This document shows positions 20,829 to 30,526 of a DNA stretch of 64,000 bases, piece after piece. The position numbers were made by a program, and so were the translations under genes. A model generated the notes under the pieces. The model saw only the letters and a program-made list of their open reading frames with translations. It did not search any database and was not told the origin of the DNA. The DNA lies in NCBI GenBank assembly GCA_963767815.1, contig CAVYFJ010000004.1, positions 501,800 to 565,799 on the forward strand, read 5' to 3'. The number at the start of each line of letters is the position of its first letter. Position 1 is the first letter of the stretch. This stretch comes from Candidatus Melainabacteria bacterium (lineage in GTDB: Bacteria; Cyanobacteriota; Vampirovibrionia; Obscuribacterales; Obscuribacteraceae).

Positions 20829-21036
20829 TCTTGATTCTAATCCGACAAAATTGATTGAAGTGGTGCAAATTGGCAAGCAACTGTTGATGACCCGCGGTGC
20901 TTTAACCACATTTTCTATTGCCAATGATGTGGCCAAATATTTTGCTATTTTACCCGCCATGCTAGGCAGCCTTTATGCCATAAAGACAAATGCTAGCGTC
21001 GCCAATAGTCTAACTGCGTCAAGTGGCGAATGCTGA
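20701..21036 (+). CDS. kdpB: KdpB, fragment 3
   Basis: [48 protein letters not shown]. Confidence 0.85.
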   Translation: MAVRLIAMTGDGTNDAPALAAADVGLAMNTGTQAAKEAGNMIDLDSNPTKLIEVVQIGKQLLMTRGALTTFSIANDVAKYFAILPAMLGSLYAIKTNASVANSLTASSGEC

Positions 21037-21307
21037 TTTCACCGCTATGCATGGACCGCTCTGGCTTTTAAATATTATGTCTTTGCATTCACCACAATCG
21101 GCCATTTTGGCAGCGGTAATTTTTAACGCTCTTATTATCGTCGTCTTGATACCACTTGCTCTTAGAGGTGTCTCTTATCGCCCGATGAGTGCCCAGGCCC
21201 TTTTGCGCCGCAATTTGCTCATTTATGGGCTAGGCGGACTGATTATTCCCTTTCCGGGCATCCTTCTAATCGATCGTCTCATTGTTGCTTTACACCTGGT
21301 AAATTGA
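21023..21307 (+). CDS. kdpB: KdpB, fragment 4 (C-terminal TM helices)
   Basis: [39 protein letters not shown]. Confidence 0.8.
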   Translation: MANADFTAMHGPLWLLNIMSLHSPQSAILAAVIFNALIIVVLIPLALRGVSYRPMSAQALLRRNLLIYGLGGLIIPFPGILLIDRLIVALHLVN

Positions 21308-21351
21308 TGTTGCGCTATGTTGATGTTGAAACGCGGTACGTACCCGAAATC

Positions 21352-21376
21352 GTAGGGGCGGGGCTTGCTCCGCCCG
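21352..21376. repeat. single REP in the kdpB-kdpC spacer
   Basis: GTAGGGGCGGGGCTTGCTCCGCCCG. Confidence 0.8.
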
Positions 21377-21412
21377 CTGTCCTGGAAATATGATAATGCT
21401 AGAAGGAACGAC

Positions 21413-21622
21413 ATGACGATTTTAAATAATAATGGACTGACAAAACATTTATTACCCGCCATGCGTACGACCCTTGTTATGGCCGTCTTAACCGGTTTAC
21501 TTTTTCCGGCGCTTGTCTATGCACTTGCTCACTTGCTTTTCCCCGACCAGGCTGAAGGATCTTTTGTGCGCAATCAAAATAGATCTGATTATTGGCTCTC
21601 GTTTAATTGGGCAAAACTTTAG
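21413..21622 (+). CDS. kdpC: KdpC, N-terminal fragment (frameshift near 21575)
   Basis: [50 protein letters not shown]. Confidence 0.75.
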   Translation: MTILNNNGLTKHLLPAMRTTLVMAVLTGLLFPALVYALAHLLFPDQAEGSFVRNQNRSDYWLSFNWAKL

Positions 21623-22079
21623 CCGTCCTCAGTATTTTCATCCTCGCCCATCAGCTGCCGGCTCCGGTTATGGCGCTGGAGCATCTGCTGGTACCAATTT
21701 GGGACCAACATCAAGAAAGCTTATTCAGGGGCAAGAAGACGATCCGTCAACAAAGCTGGCGGATGAATCATTTGCTGGTATTAAACAACTAGCGGAAAAA
21801 TATCGTCATGAAAACAATTTATCGATAGGAATTTTAATTCCTGTCGATGCTGTCACTCGTTCAGGCTCAGGTCTTGATCCGCACATTTCTCGACAAAATG
21901 CTTTGCTGCAGGCGCCCCGGGTTGCTCGCATCAGAGGTATAACAGTGCAGTCGATAATCCCATTAATAGATGCGCACACTGCGCGCCGGCAGCTTGGATT
22001 TTTAGGTGAACCAGGTGTAAATGTTTTGGAATTAAATCTGGCTTTAGATCAAAATGCCAAAGCGGCTGGGTCGCGATGA
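21513..22079 (+). CDS. kdpC: KdpC, C-terminal fragment
   Basis: [38 protein letters not shown]. Only the part after about 21590 is the true frame. Confidence 0.75.
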   Translation: MSMHLLTCFSPTRLKDLLCAIKIDLIIGSRLIGQNFSRPQYFHPRPSAAGSGYGAGASAGTNLGPTSRKLIQGQEDDPSTKLADESFAGIKQLAEKYRHENNLSIGILIPVDAVTRSGSGLDPHISRQNALLQAPRVARIRGITVQSIIPLIDAHTARRQLGFLGEPGVNVLELNLALDQNAKAAGSR

Positions 22080-22127
22080 CAATATTTAGATGTCGTTGCA
22101 CTCCAACAAAGAAGAGCAGGGGTAGAG

Positions 22128-22526
22128 ATGAACGATAACCATGATACAAGACAAAAGGAACGGCGGCGAGCAGGAGCGAAGACGCGCCGTCCGGACCCGG
22201 AAAAGCTTCTAGCGAAGATAAAGGCGAAAGAGACTGAATCCGCTAAGGGTAAACTAAAAATTTTTCTTGGCTTTGCTGCCGGTGTTGGTAAAACTTATGC
22301 CATGCTTGAATCCGCGCATAAACTTTTGAAAGCCGGCATGGATGTTGTAGCTGGCTGCGTCGTCACGCACGGGCGGGCCGAAACTGAAGCCTTATTATCT
22401 GGTTTGGAAGTGATACCGCCCAAGGTGCTGGAGTACAAAGGCGCAAAGTTGGAGGAGTTTGATCTGGATGCGGCACTTAGCCAGGCGTCCTTCTTGTGTG
22501 CTTATAGACGAATTGGCTCATACTAA
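22128..22526 (+). CDS. kdpD: KdpD sensor, N-terminal fragment (frameshift near 22480)
   Basis: GKLKIFLGFAAGVGKTYAMLESAHKL (KdpD N-terminal P-loop). Confidence 0.8.
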   Translation: MNDNHDTRQKERRRAGAKTRRPDPEKLLAKIKAKETESAKGKLKIFLGFAAGVGKTYAMLESAHKLLKAGMDVVAGCVVTHGRAETEALLSGLEVIPPKVLEYKGAKLEEFDLDAALSQASFLCAYRRIGSY

Positions 22527-24168
22527 TGTTACCGGTTCACGTCATGAAAAGCGCTACCAGGATGTGGAAGAACTGCTCGACGCTGGTATTAACGTCTATG
22601 CCACTTTAAATGTACAACACATTGAAAGTTGCAACGATATTGTTGCTCAAATTATCAATGTTGTTGTGCGCGAAACTGTTCCTGACTCTATTGTTGAAAG
22701 GGCACATGAAATCGAACTTGTAGACATCACGCCGGATGAATTAATTGAGCGCCTGCATGAAGGCAAAGTTTATGTGCCGGATCAAAGTCAAAAAGCATTG
22801 GAGAATTTTTTTAAAAAGGGCAATCTCATTGCCTTGCGTGAGCTTTCACTGCGAGTGGCAGCAGAGAAAGTTGATGTGGACATGCAGCGCTACCGTGAAG
22901 ACCAGGAAATAGAGGCGGTCTGGCCGGTTTCAGAAAAAATTGCCGTCTGTATTAGCGCCAACCCGCTTTCAGCACGGCTTGTGCGAGCCGCCAAGCGCAT
23001 GGCTACTAGCTTACACGCCGAATGGCTTGTGGTTTATGTGGAGACCCCTCGACACTTGAGGCTAACTGCGCGCGAAAAAGACAGATTATATAAGACAATC
23101 AATCTAGCTGAGCGACTAGGTGCGCAATCGGTCACTCTAAGCGGCACAGCAATTGCTGAGGAGTTGATTGCCCTTGCGCAGGCGCGCAACGTGACAAAAA
23201 TAGTGATTGGTAAGGCAACAGGCGGATGGCTGAAGCGAATTGAAGGCAGAATATTTGGTTCGCTTGTTGATCGGGTGATTCGTCTGAGCGGCACAATTGA
23301 CGTTTATGTGATTACCGGTTATCCAATACAACCGGAGCCAACCCAGCGGTATAACTTGCCGGTCAGCCGCTTGAAGATTGAACAATATCTCTATGTTATT
23401 GCAATTGTCGCCCTGGCAACGATTGTTGATCATTTAGTTTTCCACAAATTAAAGCAAGTCAATCTGGTGATGATTTACTTGCTGGCAATTATTTTTTCTG
23501 CCACAAGATATGGTCCTGGCCCATCGGCGCTTGCCTCAATTTTAAGCGTTTTATGTTTTGATTTCTTTTTTGTTCCGCCGTATAACTCATTTGCAATCTC
23601 TGATATCCAGTACTTTCTCACTTTGCTGGTAATGCTCACAGTTGCGCTCACTTTGAGTAGTATCACTGTGCGCAGTAGGCAACAAGCTCAATTGGCCAAG
23701 CACCGTGAACGCCAAACGGCGGCTCTTTATGCTATGACCAGAGAACAAGTAACAGCTGCAAATGTGGAATCAATTCTTGCCGCTTCTTTGAAGCATTTAA
23801 ATGAAGTATTTGACAGCAAAGCTGCTGTCTTACTAGCCAACGAAAATGACTCTTTGAACGTGGACTTTCCATCAGTAAATTCTTATAAAATAGATTCACA
23901 CGAAATGGGGGTTGCCCAATGGGTATTTACCAACAAGCAAATGGCTGGAGCGGGAACATCAACCCTGCCGGGTGCAAAAGCTATCTACTTACCGTTGATT
24001 ACGCCGCGGGGCATCATTGGTGTAATCGGCTTATTACCGGAGCAAAGAGAAAGATTATTGAATCCAGAAGAAATGCATTTTCTTGAGACATTCGTCTATC
24101 AAATTGCCCTCGCTGTGGAGCGTGCCTCAGGAACAGAAATCAAGTCGGATCAACGACCGGACTCGTAG
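22459..24168 (+). CDS. kdpD: KdpD sensor (KdpD-N, Usp, TM, GAF-like) lacking the kinase transmitter domain
   Basis: LIDELAHTN.., Usp-like segment, 4 TM helices, GAF-like end. Stops just before where the H-box should begin. The TAG stop is the TAG of a REP GTAG motif. Confidence 0.8.
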   Translation: MIWMRHLARRPSCVLIDELAHTNVTGSRHEKRYQDVEELLDAGINVYATLNVQHIESCNDIVAQIINVVVRETVPDSIVERAHEIELVDITPDELIERLHEGKVYVPDQSQKALENFFKKGNLIALRELSLRVAAEKVDVDMQRYREDQEIEAVWPVSEKIAVCISANPLSARLVRAAKRMATSLHAEWLVVYVETPRHLRLTAREKDRLYKTINLAERLGAQSVTLSGTAIAEELIALAQARNVTKIVIGKATGGWLKRIEGRIFGSLVDRVIRLSGTIDVYVITGYPIQPEPTQRYNLPVSRLKIEQYLYVIAIVALATIVDHLVFHKLKQVNLVMIYLLAIIFSATRYGPGPSALASILSVLCFDFFFVPPYNSFAISDIQYFLTLLVMLTVALTLSSITVRSRQQAQLAKHRERQTAALYAMTREQVTAANVESILAASLKHLNEVFDSKAAVLLANENDSLNVDFPSVNSYKIDSHEMGVAQWVFTNKQMAGAGTSTLPGAKAIYLPLITPRGIIGVIGLLPEQRERLLNPEEMHFLETFVYQIALAVERASGTEIKSDQRPDS

Positions 24169-24304
24169 GGGCGGGCACAAGTCCGCCCGTGTACTTTCAA
24201 CCGACAGCGCCGGTTAAAGCAGGCGGAGCATTTATGTTTTTGGATTCAGTGGCACCCGCTCGGTATAACTCATATACCTCACGGCCACTGAGCCCCGCCC
24301 CTAC
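24165..24304. repeat. REP cluster: short REP 24165-24190 plus a long-variant REP (reverse orientation) 24219-24304
   Basis: GTAGGGGCGGGCACAAGTCCGCCCG. Reverse complement of the long variant has central hairpin GGTATAT..TTATACC. Confidence 0.85.
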
Positions 24305-24368
24305 GATCTTTTTGATGTCTTCTATCTATCTACGCAACCAACTGAATACTTACCTTCCTCTTAACAGA

Positions 24369-24430
24369 TAGCGCTAGCCGCGCTAACTATGTCTGGAATT
24401 TAATTTCAGAAATACAATTATATTTTGCTT
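24369..24430 (+). promoter_or_regulatory. conserved island leader, copy 2
   Basis: TAGCGCTAGCCGCGCTA at 24369-24385. GCGCTA-N15-TAATTT (24401-24406). Points into island B. Confidence 0.5.
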
Positions 24431-24674
24431 ATATGGGACGGTTATCTGATTGGGCCATTGGTTTGGCTAAATCGATCCTCTTGAATTTGCTATCGACAAA
24501 TTGCCAGAATAAAAACAGTATTGATTCCATTCTCTTACGGACTACACACGCAGCAGACAACCCATTAGCTCAGCCAAGCTTCAAGATTCTTTCACCTCGT
24601 TGGTGACTGAAGGAAGCTTCGTTTTCGCTCGTCGTCGATCTGATCCATTCAACCGCTATCACGAGGAGTCCCCG

Positions 24675-25583
24675 ATGTCCATGAAACCTACCCACCCGAT
24701 GCACAGAGTTGACGTCTTCGAACTTCTGATCAATGAGGTCATTTGCTTCTGGAGAAGACAGAAAGCCGGCGAATTCAAGAGACCTGAACAAGCCCTCAGA
24801 ATTGCCCTCTCCAAGCCATTGGTGTTGGCTGGTTTTCCGGCGTTACGCCGAGTGCGAATAGAAACCCCTGACGATTATATGACCGTGGCCATCGAAGAGG
24901 GCAGCGGAGCGATCAAGTTTTATTACGATCTGACAAGTGCAGACGTCGGCGACTTTCTCGAGAGTGCAGCAACGGCGGTATTTTATTGCGCTGAGGACAC
25001 CGATGCAATTTTGTTGTCGGTCCGCTCGGTTCTGGGCAGTTCTCTGCGTAAGCCTACTCGCCTGCAGTTAGCGCGGATACGTGCAGAATATGATGCACAA
25101 AGTTTTGATGACTTGATTCTGGAGTTTTTACGGCGCGTACTGGCTTGCCCTCGCCGCAAAAACTTCACTGAGGCGGATGCGCACAGAGCTCGTCGAGTCA
25201 AAGCGTCTCGATTGAATAGTCACGAGGTGGAACGCCCATTGCGTTACCTGCACACGATTCAAGAATGGATAGCCCATCTGAAAGGAGATAAGAGTTTCGC
25301 TTGGGCGGCGACTATACTGGGGCATTTACGAGAAGCCTTTATTACCCGCTGCAATGTCGAGGCCTCCACCTGCGACAAAATTCTCGTATTAGATCCCGGC
25401 GCAAGAGTTGTCGCCCTGCTGAAGTTGCTCAATGCGCGAGAAAAGGAGCTACTAGCAAAGGATCCTGTTGCACGGTATAACAAGCAGCTCTGCGTGGCGG
25501 CAGCAGATAACTTCGCTATCAGAGTGTTAGCGTGGGCGGCAGTCGGAAACGATACTCGCAAACGCAGCGAATCTACTGGCTAA
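24675..25583 (+). CDS. ORFan in GC-rich island B
   Basis: ORF 24600..25583. Preferred start is ATG 24675 with SD GAGGAG 6 nt upstream. Helical-looking protein, no family recognised. Confidence 0.55.
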   Translation: MSMKPTHPMHRVDVFELLINEVICFWRRQKAGEFKRPEQALRIALSKPLVLAGFPALRRVRIETPDDYMTVAIEEGSGAIKFYYDLTSADVGDFLESAATAVFYCAEDTDAILLSVRSVLGSSLRKPTRLQLARIRAEYDAQSFDDLILEFLRRVLACPRRKNFTEADAHRARRVKASRLNSHEVERPLRYLHTIQEWIAHLKGDKSFAWAATILGHLREAFITRCNVEASTCDKILVLDPGARVVALLKLLNAREKELLAKDPVARYNKQLCVAAADNFAIRVLAWAAVGNDTRKRSESTG

Positions 25584-25948
25584 GCGAACATTGGTCTTCG
25601 TTTCTTTCACAGAAAGGAAAGGATTAGAAGCAAAGCACACGCTTCGGGGCGTTTGGAGCAGGACGCTCTAGCGCCCATTACTTCTTTTCACTTTTATGTT
25701 TTTTGTAAGAACAAAAATGCCAAAGAAAAATCATTTATATTGAATTTAGCTGGAAATACTATAAACAATAGTAGATATTACTCGAAAATAAAAGCCGACA
25801 AAGTTTGATCGACTGCTTGAGGTCTGATATTTAGAAGAATAAAAAATAACTAAAAAACGGACGATCAAACCCAACATCATGTTGAGCTCGATCGCCGCCA
25901 CCGCCAATTTTCAGATGCTGTCCTTATGGTTGGCGGATGCGTGCGCTT

Positions 25949-26842
25949 TCAACCGACCGCATCTTGCTTCTGCCGCGAGCGCATGAGGATGCGCAAGCCA
26001 GCGCGAAATCTGGACTGAAGACCCGCAACTGCCGCGCCTGGTAGAATTTTTGCTTCCTTTGCCGCGAACTCGAACAAGTTACGCAGTTCTCGCAGCAAAT
26101 TAACTTCTTGTCTGTCGTAGTCGCTAAACGGCGTGACGTAAACACCTCTTTCTTCAAGAGGCTTAGCGCCGAATCCGGTCACCCAGGTTCGAGTAGCGTC
26201 CAGCTCGTCAAATAAGGGCAATGCCTGTTCCTTCTGGCGTTGAATTAATGCCGTTAGATGAGGCAGCGCCCTATCCGTGATCCTTGTGTTGTTCAATTTG
26301 AGGGATCTCAGCCTGAGCGAATCACTCAAATAGGACACGCTGATATCATCGAACCAGGTGCCCGATGCATCCAATATGCTTAGGCTTGGCAATCCCTTTA
26401 AATGTTGGAAACCCTTACTAGTGACCCGGGTATCGGACACATTAAGGGTGTGGAGCCTATTCAAGCCTGCTAGATAGCTCATGCCCGAATCGTTGACATA
26501 CGTATCTTGTATATCGAGAACCTCTAGCCGAGCTAACTTTCGCATACAAGGCATGATCTCATTGCCAATGCGCAGGCTTTCAAGCTTGAGCACCCGCAAA
26601 TTGGGCATTGCCTTGAGAGCCGTGATGAGATTAGCTTGGGCTACGCTTGTTTGCCAAAGGTTGAGTTCCTCAACGGCTTCCGGATGCCTGATCGCTGATA
26701 AGCAGCGCCCAGTTATCTGTGCGGCGATAAGAATCAACCTGCGTACTCCAGCCAAATCGTACAGTTGCACGGCAAGCTGATCATCGGTTATGTCTGCGGA
26801 GTGCACCTGGACGGTGCCGTCAGCTGAAACTGACAGTTTCAT
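25949..26842 (-). CDS. leucine-rich repeat protein (RI-like ~24-aa LRRs) in island C
   Basis: Repeats such as LRVLKLESLRIGNEIMPCMRKLARLEVLDIQDTYVNDSGMSYLAGLNRLHTLNVSDTRVTSKGFQHLKGL. Start ATG 26842 has SD AAGGAG. Confidence 0.75.
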   Translation of the reverse strand: MKLSVSADGTVQVHSADITDDQLAVQLYDLAGVRRLILIAAQITGRCLSAIRHPEAVEELNLWQTSVAQANLITALKAMPNLRVLKLESLRIGNEIMPCMRKLARLEVLDIQDTYVNDSGMSYLAGLNRLHTLNVSDTRVTSKGFQHLKGLPSLSILDASGTWFDDISVSYLSDSLRLRSLKLNNTRITDRALPHLTALIQRQKEQALPLFDELDATRTWVTGFGAKPLEERGVYVTPFSDYDRQEVNLLRELRNLFEFAAKEAKILPGAAVAGLQSRFRAGLRILMRSRQKQDAVG

Positions 26843-27134
26843 CTCTGTCTCCTTTTCAATCGTGCCTAGCTGCGCCCTTGAAACAAACACCCCACATCTC
26901 ATAAATATGGGAGCGGGAGCAGCTGAAGTGGTTGATTGATCCGTTGTTTGAAGAATTCTAGTAAATAAGGAAGTGTGTCTTTATTTACACATTTTGATTG
27001 AGGCTAAAGCAAGCCCCTATATCTGGTGCGCACGCTGAAGATAATCACTCGATATCCCCACTTGCAAATTGGGTTAAACAGTCTATTCGTCGTCTGTTTG
27101 ATTTGATGACAAGCTCTATTGAAGGATTTCTTTG

Positions 27135-27206
27135 CTCGCAAAGGCAAGAATTAATCAAAAATGGCAATATTAATTGACTGCGATAAGGTTAGCGCAGCGG
27201 CGCTAA
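27135..27206 (-). promoter_or_regulatory. conserved island leader, copy 3 (reverse orientation, faces the LRR gene)
   Basis: TTAGCGCAGCGGCGCTAA at 27189-27206. On the minus strand, GCTGCGCTAAC-N..-TAATAT with a 17-nt spacer (box at 27172-27167). Aligns almost base for base with copies 5 and 6. Confidence 0.55.
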
Positions 27207-27230
27207 CTTGACTGCCTCCATGAATAATAC

Positions 27231-27255
27231 ACGGGCGCGCATGCCATGCCCCTAC
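27231..27255. repeat. single REP (reverse orientation)
   Basis: ACGGGCGCGCATGCCATGCCCCTAC. Its CTA (27252-27254) is the stop codon of the minus-strand kinase-like gene. Confidence 0.75.
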
Positions 27256-27659
27256 GGAAAGAAGAAGTTAAAACCGTCGTCCTTGCCTGGTTTGACAATC
27301 ACCAGCCGTCCTTCATGCGCTTTTGGTTTGCCGCGTGAATTAAGCTCATTGAATAAATTGACTAATACGCTTTCATCTACTTGCCGGCTGCGTTCTTTAT
27401 TTCGTTGCAAACATATTTCCAGCGGTACATCAAGAATCCACAATTGAATGTCTTGATAGCCGAATTTATTTGCGCGCTCTAAAATTTGGCGGCGATGATC
27501 GCTTCTCACATTTGTATTGTCGATCACTACATCTTTGCTTGCTTGAAATAGTGCTTCCCAGACGCTGAAAAAATATTTGGAAAACTTCCTTCGGATTGCC
27601 TTGCTCCGCCTCATTGCCGTAAAGCTCCAGGCGAATATCATCAGCGCATAGACGCTCAA
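27252..27659 (-). CDS. AAA_33/polynucleotide-kinase-like ATPase, C-terminal fragment (frameshifted)
   Basis: VVIDNTNVRSDHRRQILERANKFGYQDIQLWILDVPLEICLQRNKER. Confidence 0.65.
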   Translation of the reverse strand: MSVYALMIFAWSFTAMRRSKAIRRKFSKYFFSVWEALFQASKDVVIDNTNVRSDHRRQILERANKFGYQDIQLWILDVPLEICLQRNKERSRQVDESVLVNLFNELNSRGKPKAHEGRLVIVKPGKDDGFNFFFP

Positions 27660-27738
27660 AGCCTTTGGTGGTCAATCTCTTGGCCAGCGTCGTTTTGCCT
27701 GATCCAGGAATACCCACGAGCATTATCAATCTTTGCAT
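27466..27738 (-). CDS. AAA_33-like ATPase, N-terminal P-loop fragment (frameshifted)
   Basis: MQRLIMLVGIPGSGKTTLAKRL (Walker A). Confidence 0.65.
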   Translation of the reverse strand: MQRLIMLVGIPGSGKTTLAKRLTTKGFERLCADDIRLELYGNEAEQGNPKEVFQIFFQRLGSTISSKQRCSDRQYKCEKRSSPPNFRARK

Positions 27739-27768
27739 ATTGTTAGCCTGAGCACTGAAAATCAGATT

Positions 27769-28185
27769 CTATTTTTTTCTTTCCTGATAAAAGCGCCACC
27801 ATACATAAACAACCAGAAAGGAGACTAAGAAATAATTGCCGGTCATTATTCTAGTAAACAATTTTTGTTCTTCAGTCTGCAAGCCGATTTTTGAATCGAG
27901 CCATGGACTGCTGATAAAATAAACGGCAATAGAGATAAAAAAGGCAGCGCTAACAAAATAACTTCTTCGTCCCCATTTTTTTATGCTGTTCCAGCTAACA
28001 ATGCCCTGCAGCAAATAACTAGTGCCAAAAATTAGGCATGCTAACCCATAATGCTGAAACCGGCTCAAGGTAATAAATTTTTGCAGAGGGATCATTAAGA
28101 GCCCGCAAGCGAGAATAAAACCAATCAAGCAAATTAACTCACTCGACTTAAAATTTATGCCCGCCAATTTTATGTCTTTATTCAC
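27769..28185 (-). CDS. integral membrane protein, hypothetical
   Basis: 138-aa ORF with about 4 hydrophobic helices. Confidence 0.55.
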   Translation of the reverse strand: MNKDIKLAGINFKSSELICLIGFILACGLLMIPLQKFITLSRFQHYGLACLIFGTSYLLQGIVSWNSIKKWGRRSYFVSAAFFISIAVYFISSPWLDSKIGLQTEEQKLFTRIMTGNYFLVSFLVVYVWWRFYQERKK

Positions 28186-28192
28186 AAATTAC

Positions 28193-29542
28193 CTACGGTC
28201 GCCCGGTTTTTGTTCCTGTCTTTGTTTCGGCGCTAGTTCCATGTCGTTGGAAAACAATTTTGCCCTTGTACAAAGTAAGCATTGGTCTGGCCCTTAATTC
28301 CCTGGCGTGAAAAGGCGAGTTGCGGCTTTTGGAAGGACTTTTATTGACGTCATAAGTCCATTTGGCATTCAAATCGAATATTGCCAAACTGGCTTCTTTA
28401 CCCGATTCTATTTGTCTGTCGGGCAGCCCTAGTATTTTGGCTGGTTCAGAGGTAAACAATTCAATTAGGCGCTCAAGAGAAATAATTTTTGATAAAACTA
28501 ATTTTTCATACATTAAAGGAAAAGCTGTTTCAAAACCTAATATGCCTACAGCGCAATGTTCAAATGGCCTGGTTTTATATAAGGCGCTCCACGGTGCATG
28601 ATCCGTGGCGATAGCATTGATTGTGCCATCGCTGATCGCTTCCAAAAGCGCATTTTGATCTTTTTGCGAACGTAACGGCGGATTCATTTTGTAATTAGAA
28701 TCATAGGTGATTATGTCTTCGTCCCTCAGTGTTAAATGATGAGGAGTGACATCGGCAGTGACATGAAGTCCGTCTTTTTTCGCTTGCCTTATCAAGGCAA
28801 GCGCCGCTTCTGTAGAAACATGTGTAAAATGTATATGGCCACCAGCCAAGCGCAGGACCTCTATTTCACGTGCCACCGCCACCGCTTCAGAAGCTGCCGG
28901 TATACAGGGAAGTCCGAGGCTGGTTGATTGTGGTGATTCATTCATCACTCCACCGCCGGAGAGATGCTTATCTTCCGCATGACTGATGATAAAAGATTTT
29001 GTTAGAGCAACATATGATAAGGCCCGCCTTAGTACTGCCATATTCATGATCGGCATACCATCGTCCGAAAATGCCACAGCGCCGTTTTCCGCTAATTCCA
29101 CCATTTCTGTTAAATGTTCACCGGCTAGTTCTTTGGTTACTGATGCTACGGGTAAAATTTCAATGCAAGCATTTTGTTTTGCGCGCTCAAGAGTGTCTTT
29201 AAGCACATTCAAATTGTCTCGTGGTGGTTTGGTGTTCGCCATGGCGACAACGGAAGTAAATCCGCCCGCCGCTGCGCTTCTTGATCCTGTACAGAAATCA
29301 TCCACATCTTCCTGATCAAAATCTCTCATATGCGCATGCAAATCAATCAATCCTGGCATAACTGTTAAACCAGAGAGATCTATAATTTCTTCGTTAGTGG
29401 TTGTTAGCTTCTCGCCGATATCAGATATGATACCATTATCGATTCGTATATCGACTAAATCTCTGCTCAGGCACTGGATTTTGCCTTTCTTATTGGCTGT
29501 ATATACCGTAGCATTTTTGAGCAGTAATTTTTTTGTATTCAT
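28193..29542 (-). CDS. pyrC: dihydroorotase
   Basis: 449 aa. IDLHAHMRD, HFTHVSTEAAL, ATDHAPW metal-ligand motifs. Adjacent to pyrB. Confidence 0.9.
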   Translation of the reverse strand: MNTKKLLLKNATVYTANKKGKIQCLSRDLVDIRIDNGIISDIGEKLTTTNEEIIDLSGLTVMPGLIDLHAHMRDFDQEDVDDFCTGSRSAAAGGFTSVVAMANTKPPRDNLNVLKDTLERAKQNACIEILPVASVTKELAGEHLTEMVELAENGAVAFSDDGMPIMNMAVLRRALSYVALTKSFIISHAEDKHLSGGGVMNESPQSTSLGLPCIPAASEAVAVAREIEVLRLAGGHIHFTHVSTEAALALIRQAKKDGLHVTADVTPHHLTLRDEDIITYDSNYKMNPPLRSQKDQNALLEAISDGTINAIATDHAPWSALYKTRPFEHCAVGILGFETAFPLMYEKLVLSKIISLERLIELFTSEPAKILGLPDRQIESGKEASLAIFDLNAKWTYDVNKSPSKSRNSPFHARELRARPMLTLYKGKIVFQRHGTSAETKTGTKTGRP

Positions 29543-29548
29543 AACTAA

Positions 29549-30526
29549 TCAGCTCTGGGTCAACAGTGTGTGTAAAACGGCCATGCGTATAAAAAATCCA
29601 TTGGCTACTTGTTTTTCGATTAAAGAAAAAGCAGGATCGTCCGCCAGCTCAAAAGTGATTTCTATATCGCGATTAATCGGGCCAGGAGCCATAACTTTAA
29701 CGTTTGGCTTGGCGAGTGCGAGACGATTATGATCTACCCTAAAAACAGATTGATATTCTTCGATGCTGGGAATTAAACCACTTTGTTGTCTTTCAAGCTG
29801 TAATCTAATGGCCATTACGAAGTCCGCGTCTTTTATCGCTTGTTCCGGCCGCAGATGTACATGTGCTCCCAGCTCGCGTAGATAGCTGGGCATCAATGTC
29901 GGTGGTCCGGCAAAATGCACTTGCGCTCCCAGAAGTTGTAATAACCATAAATTAGAATGAGCGACACGGCTATGGGTAATATCACCGATAATTGCTACTT
30001 TTGCTCCCTCGAGGTTTTTCCTGAACTCAAGCATGGTCATCGCATCAAGTAAAGCCTGAGTGGGATGCGCACTTGCGCCTTCACCGGCGTTAACAATATG
30101 GATTTTGTCACCGATTACTTTTACTAGTTGCTGGCAACATCCGGCACTGGCATGTCTTTGTACAATAATTTGGAAGCCCATTGCCGCCAAAGAGCGTCCG
30201 GTATCTTCTATTGATTCACCTTTATTAACCGATGATGCCTTAGCGTCTAGATTGACTACATTCAGACCTAACATTTTGCCGGCAAATTCAAAACTGCTGC
30301 GTGTGCGAGTGGAATTTTCATAAAATACATTGGCCATGCCCTGACCCTGAAATTCTGGCGGCAACGGTACCGCTTCTGGTCCACCTTCTTTGTATTTGCG
30401 GGCCAGAGCAAATAAAAATTCTACTTCTTCTATAGTTAAATCTCTCGTGTCAAGTATATGACGCCTGCCCGACCAGGCTAATTTATCTGTTGATTTTTTT
30501 GATTGCGAATGTGCAGTTGTTTTCAT
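29549..30526 (-). CDS. pyrB: aspartate carbamoyltransferase catalytic subunit
   Basis: 325 aa. ENSTRTRSSFE, HPTQALLD, MAPGPINR. Confidence 0.92.
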   Translation of the reverse strand: MKTTAHSQSKKSTDKLAWSGRRHILDTRDLTIEEVEFLFALARKYKEGGPEAVPLPPEFQGQGMANVFYENSTRTRSSFEFAGKMLGLNVVNLDAKASSVNKGESIEDTGRSLAAMGFQIIVQRHASAGCCQQLVKVIGDKIHIVNAGEGASAHPTQALLDAMTMLEFRKNLEGAKVAIIGDITHSRVAHSNLWLLQLLGAQVHFAGPPTLMPSYLRELGAHVHLRPEQAIKDADFVMAIRLQLERQQSGLIPSIEEYQSVFRVDHNRLALAKPNVKVMAPGPINRDIEITFELADDPAFSLIEKQVANGFFIRMAVLHTLLTQS

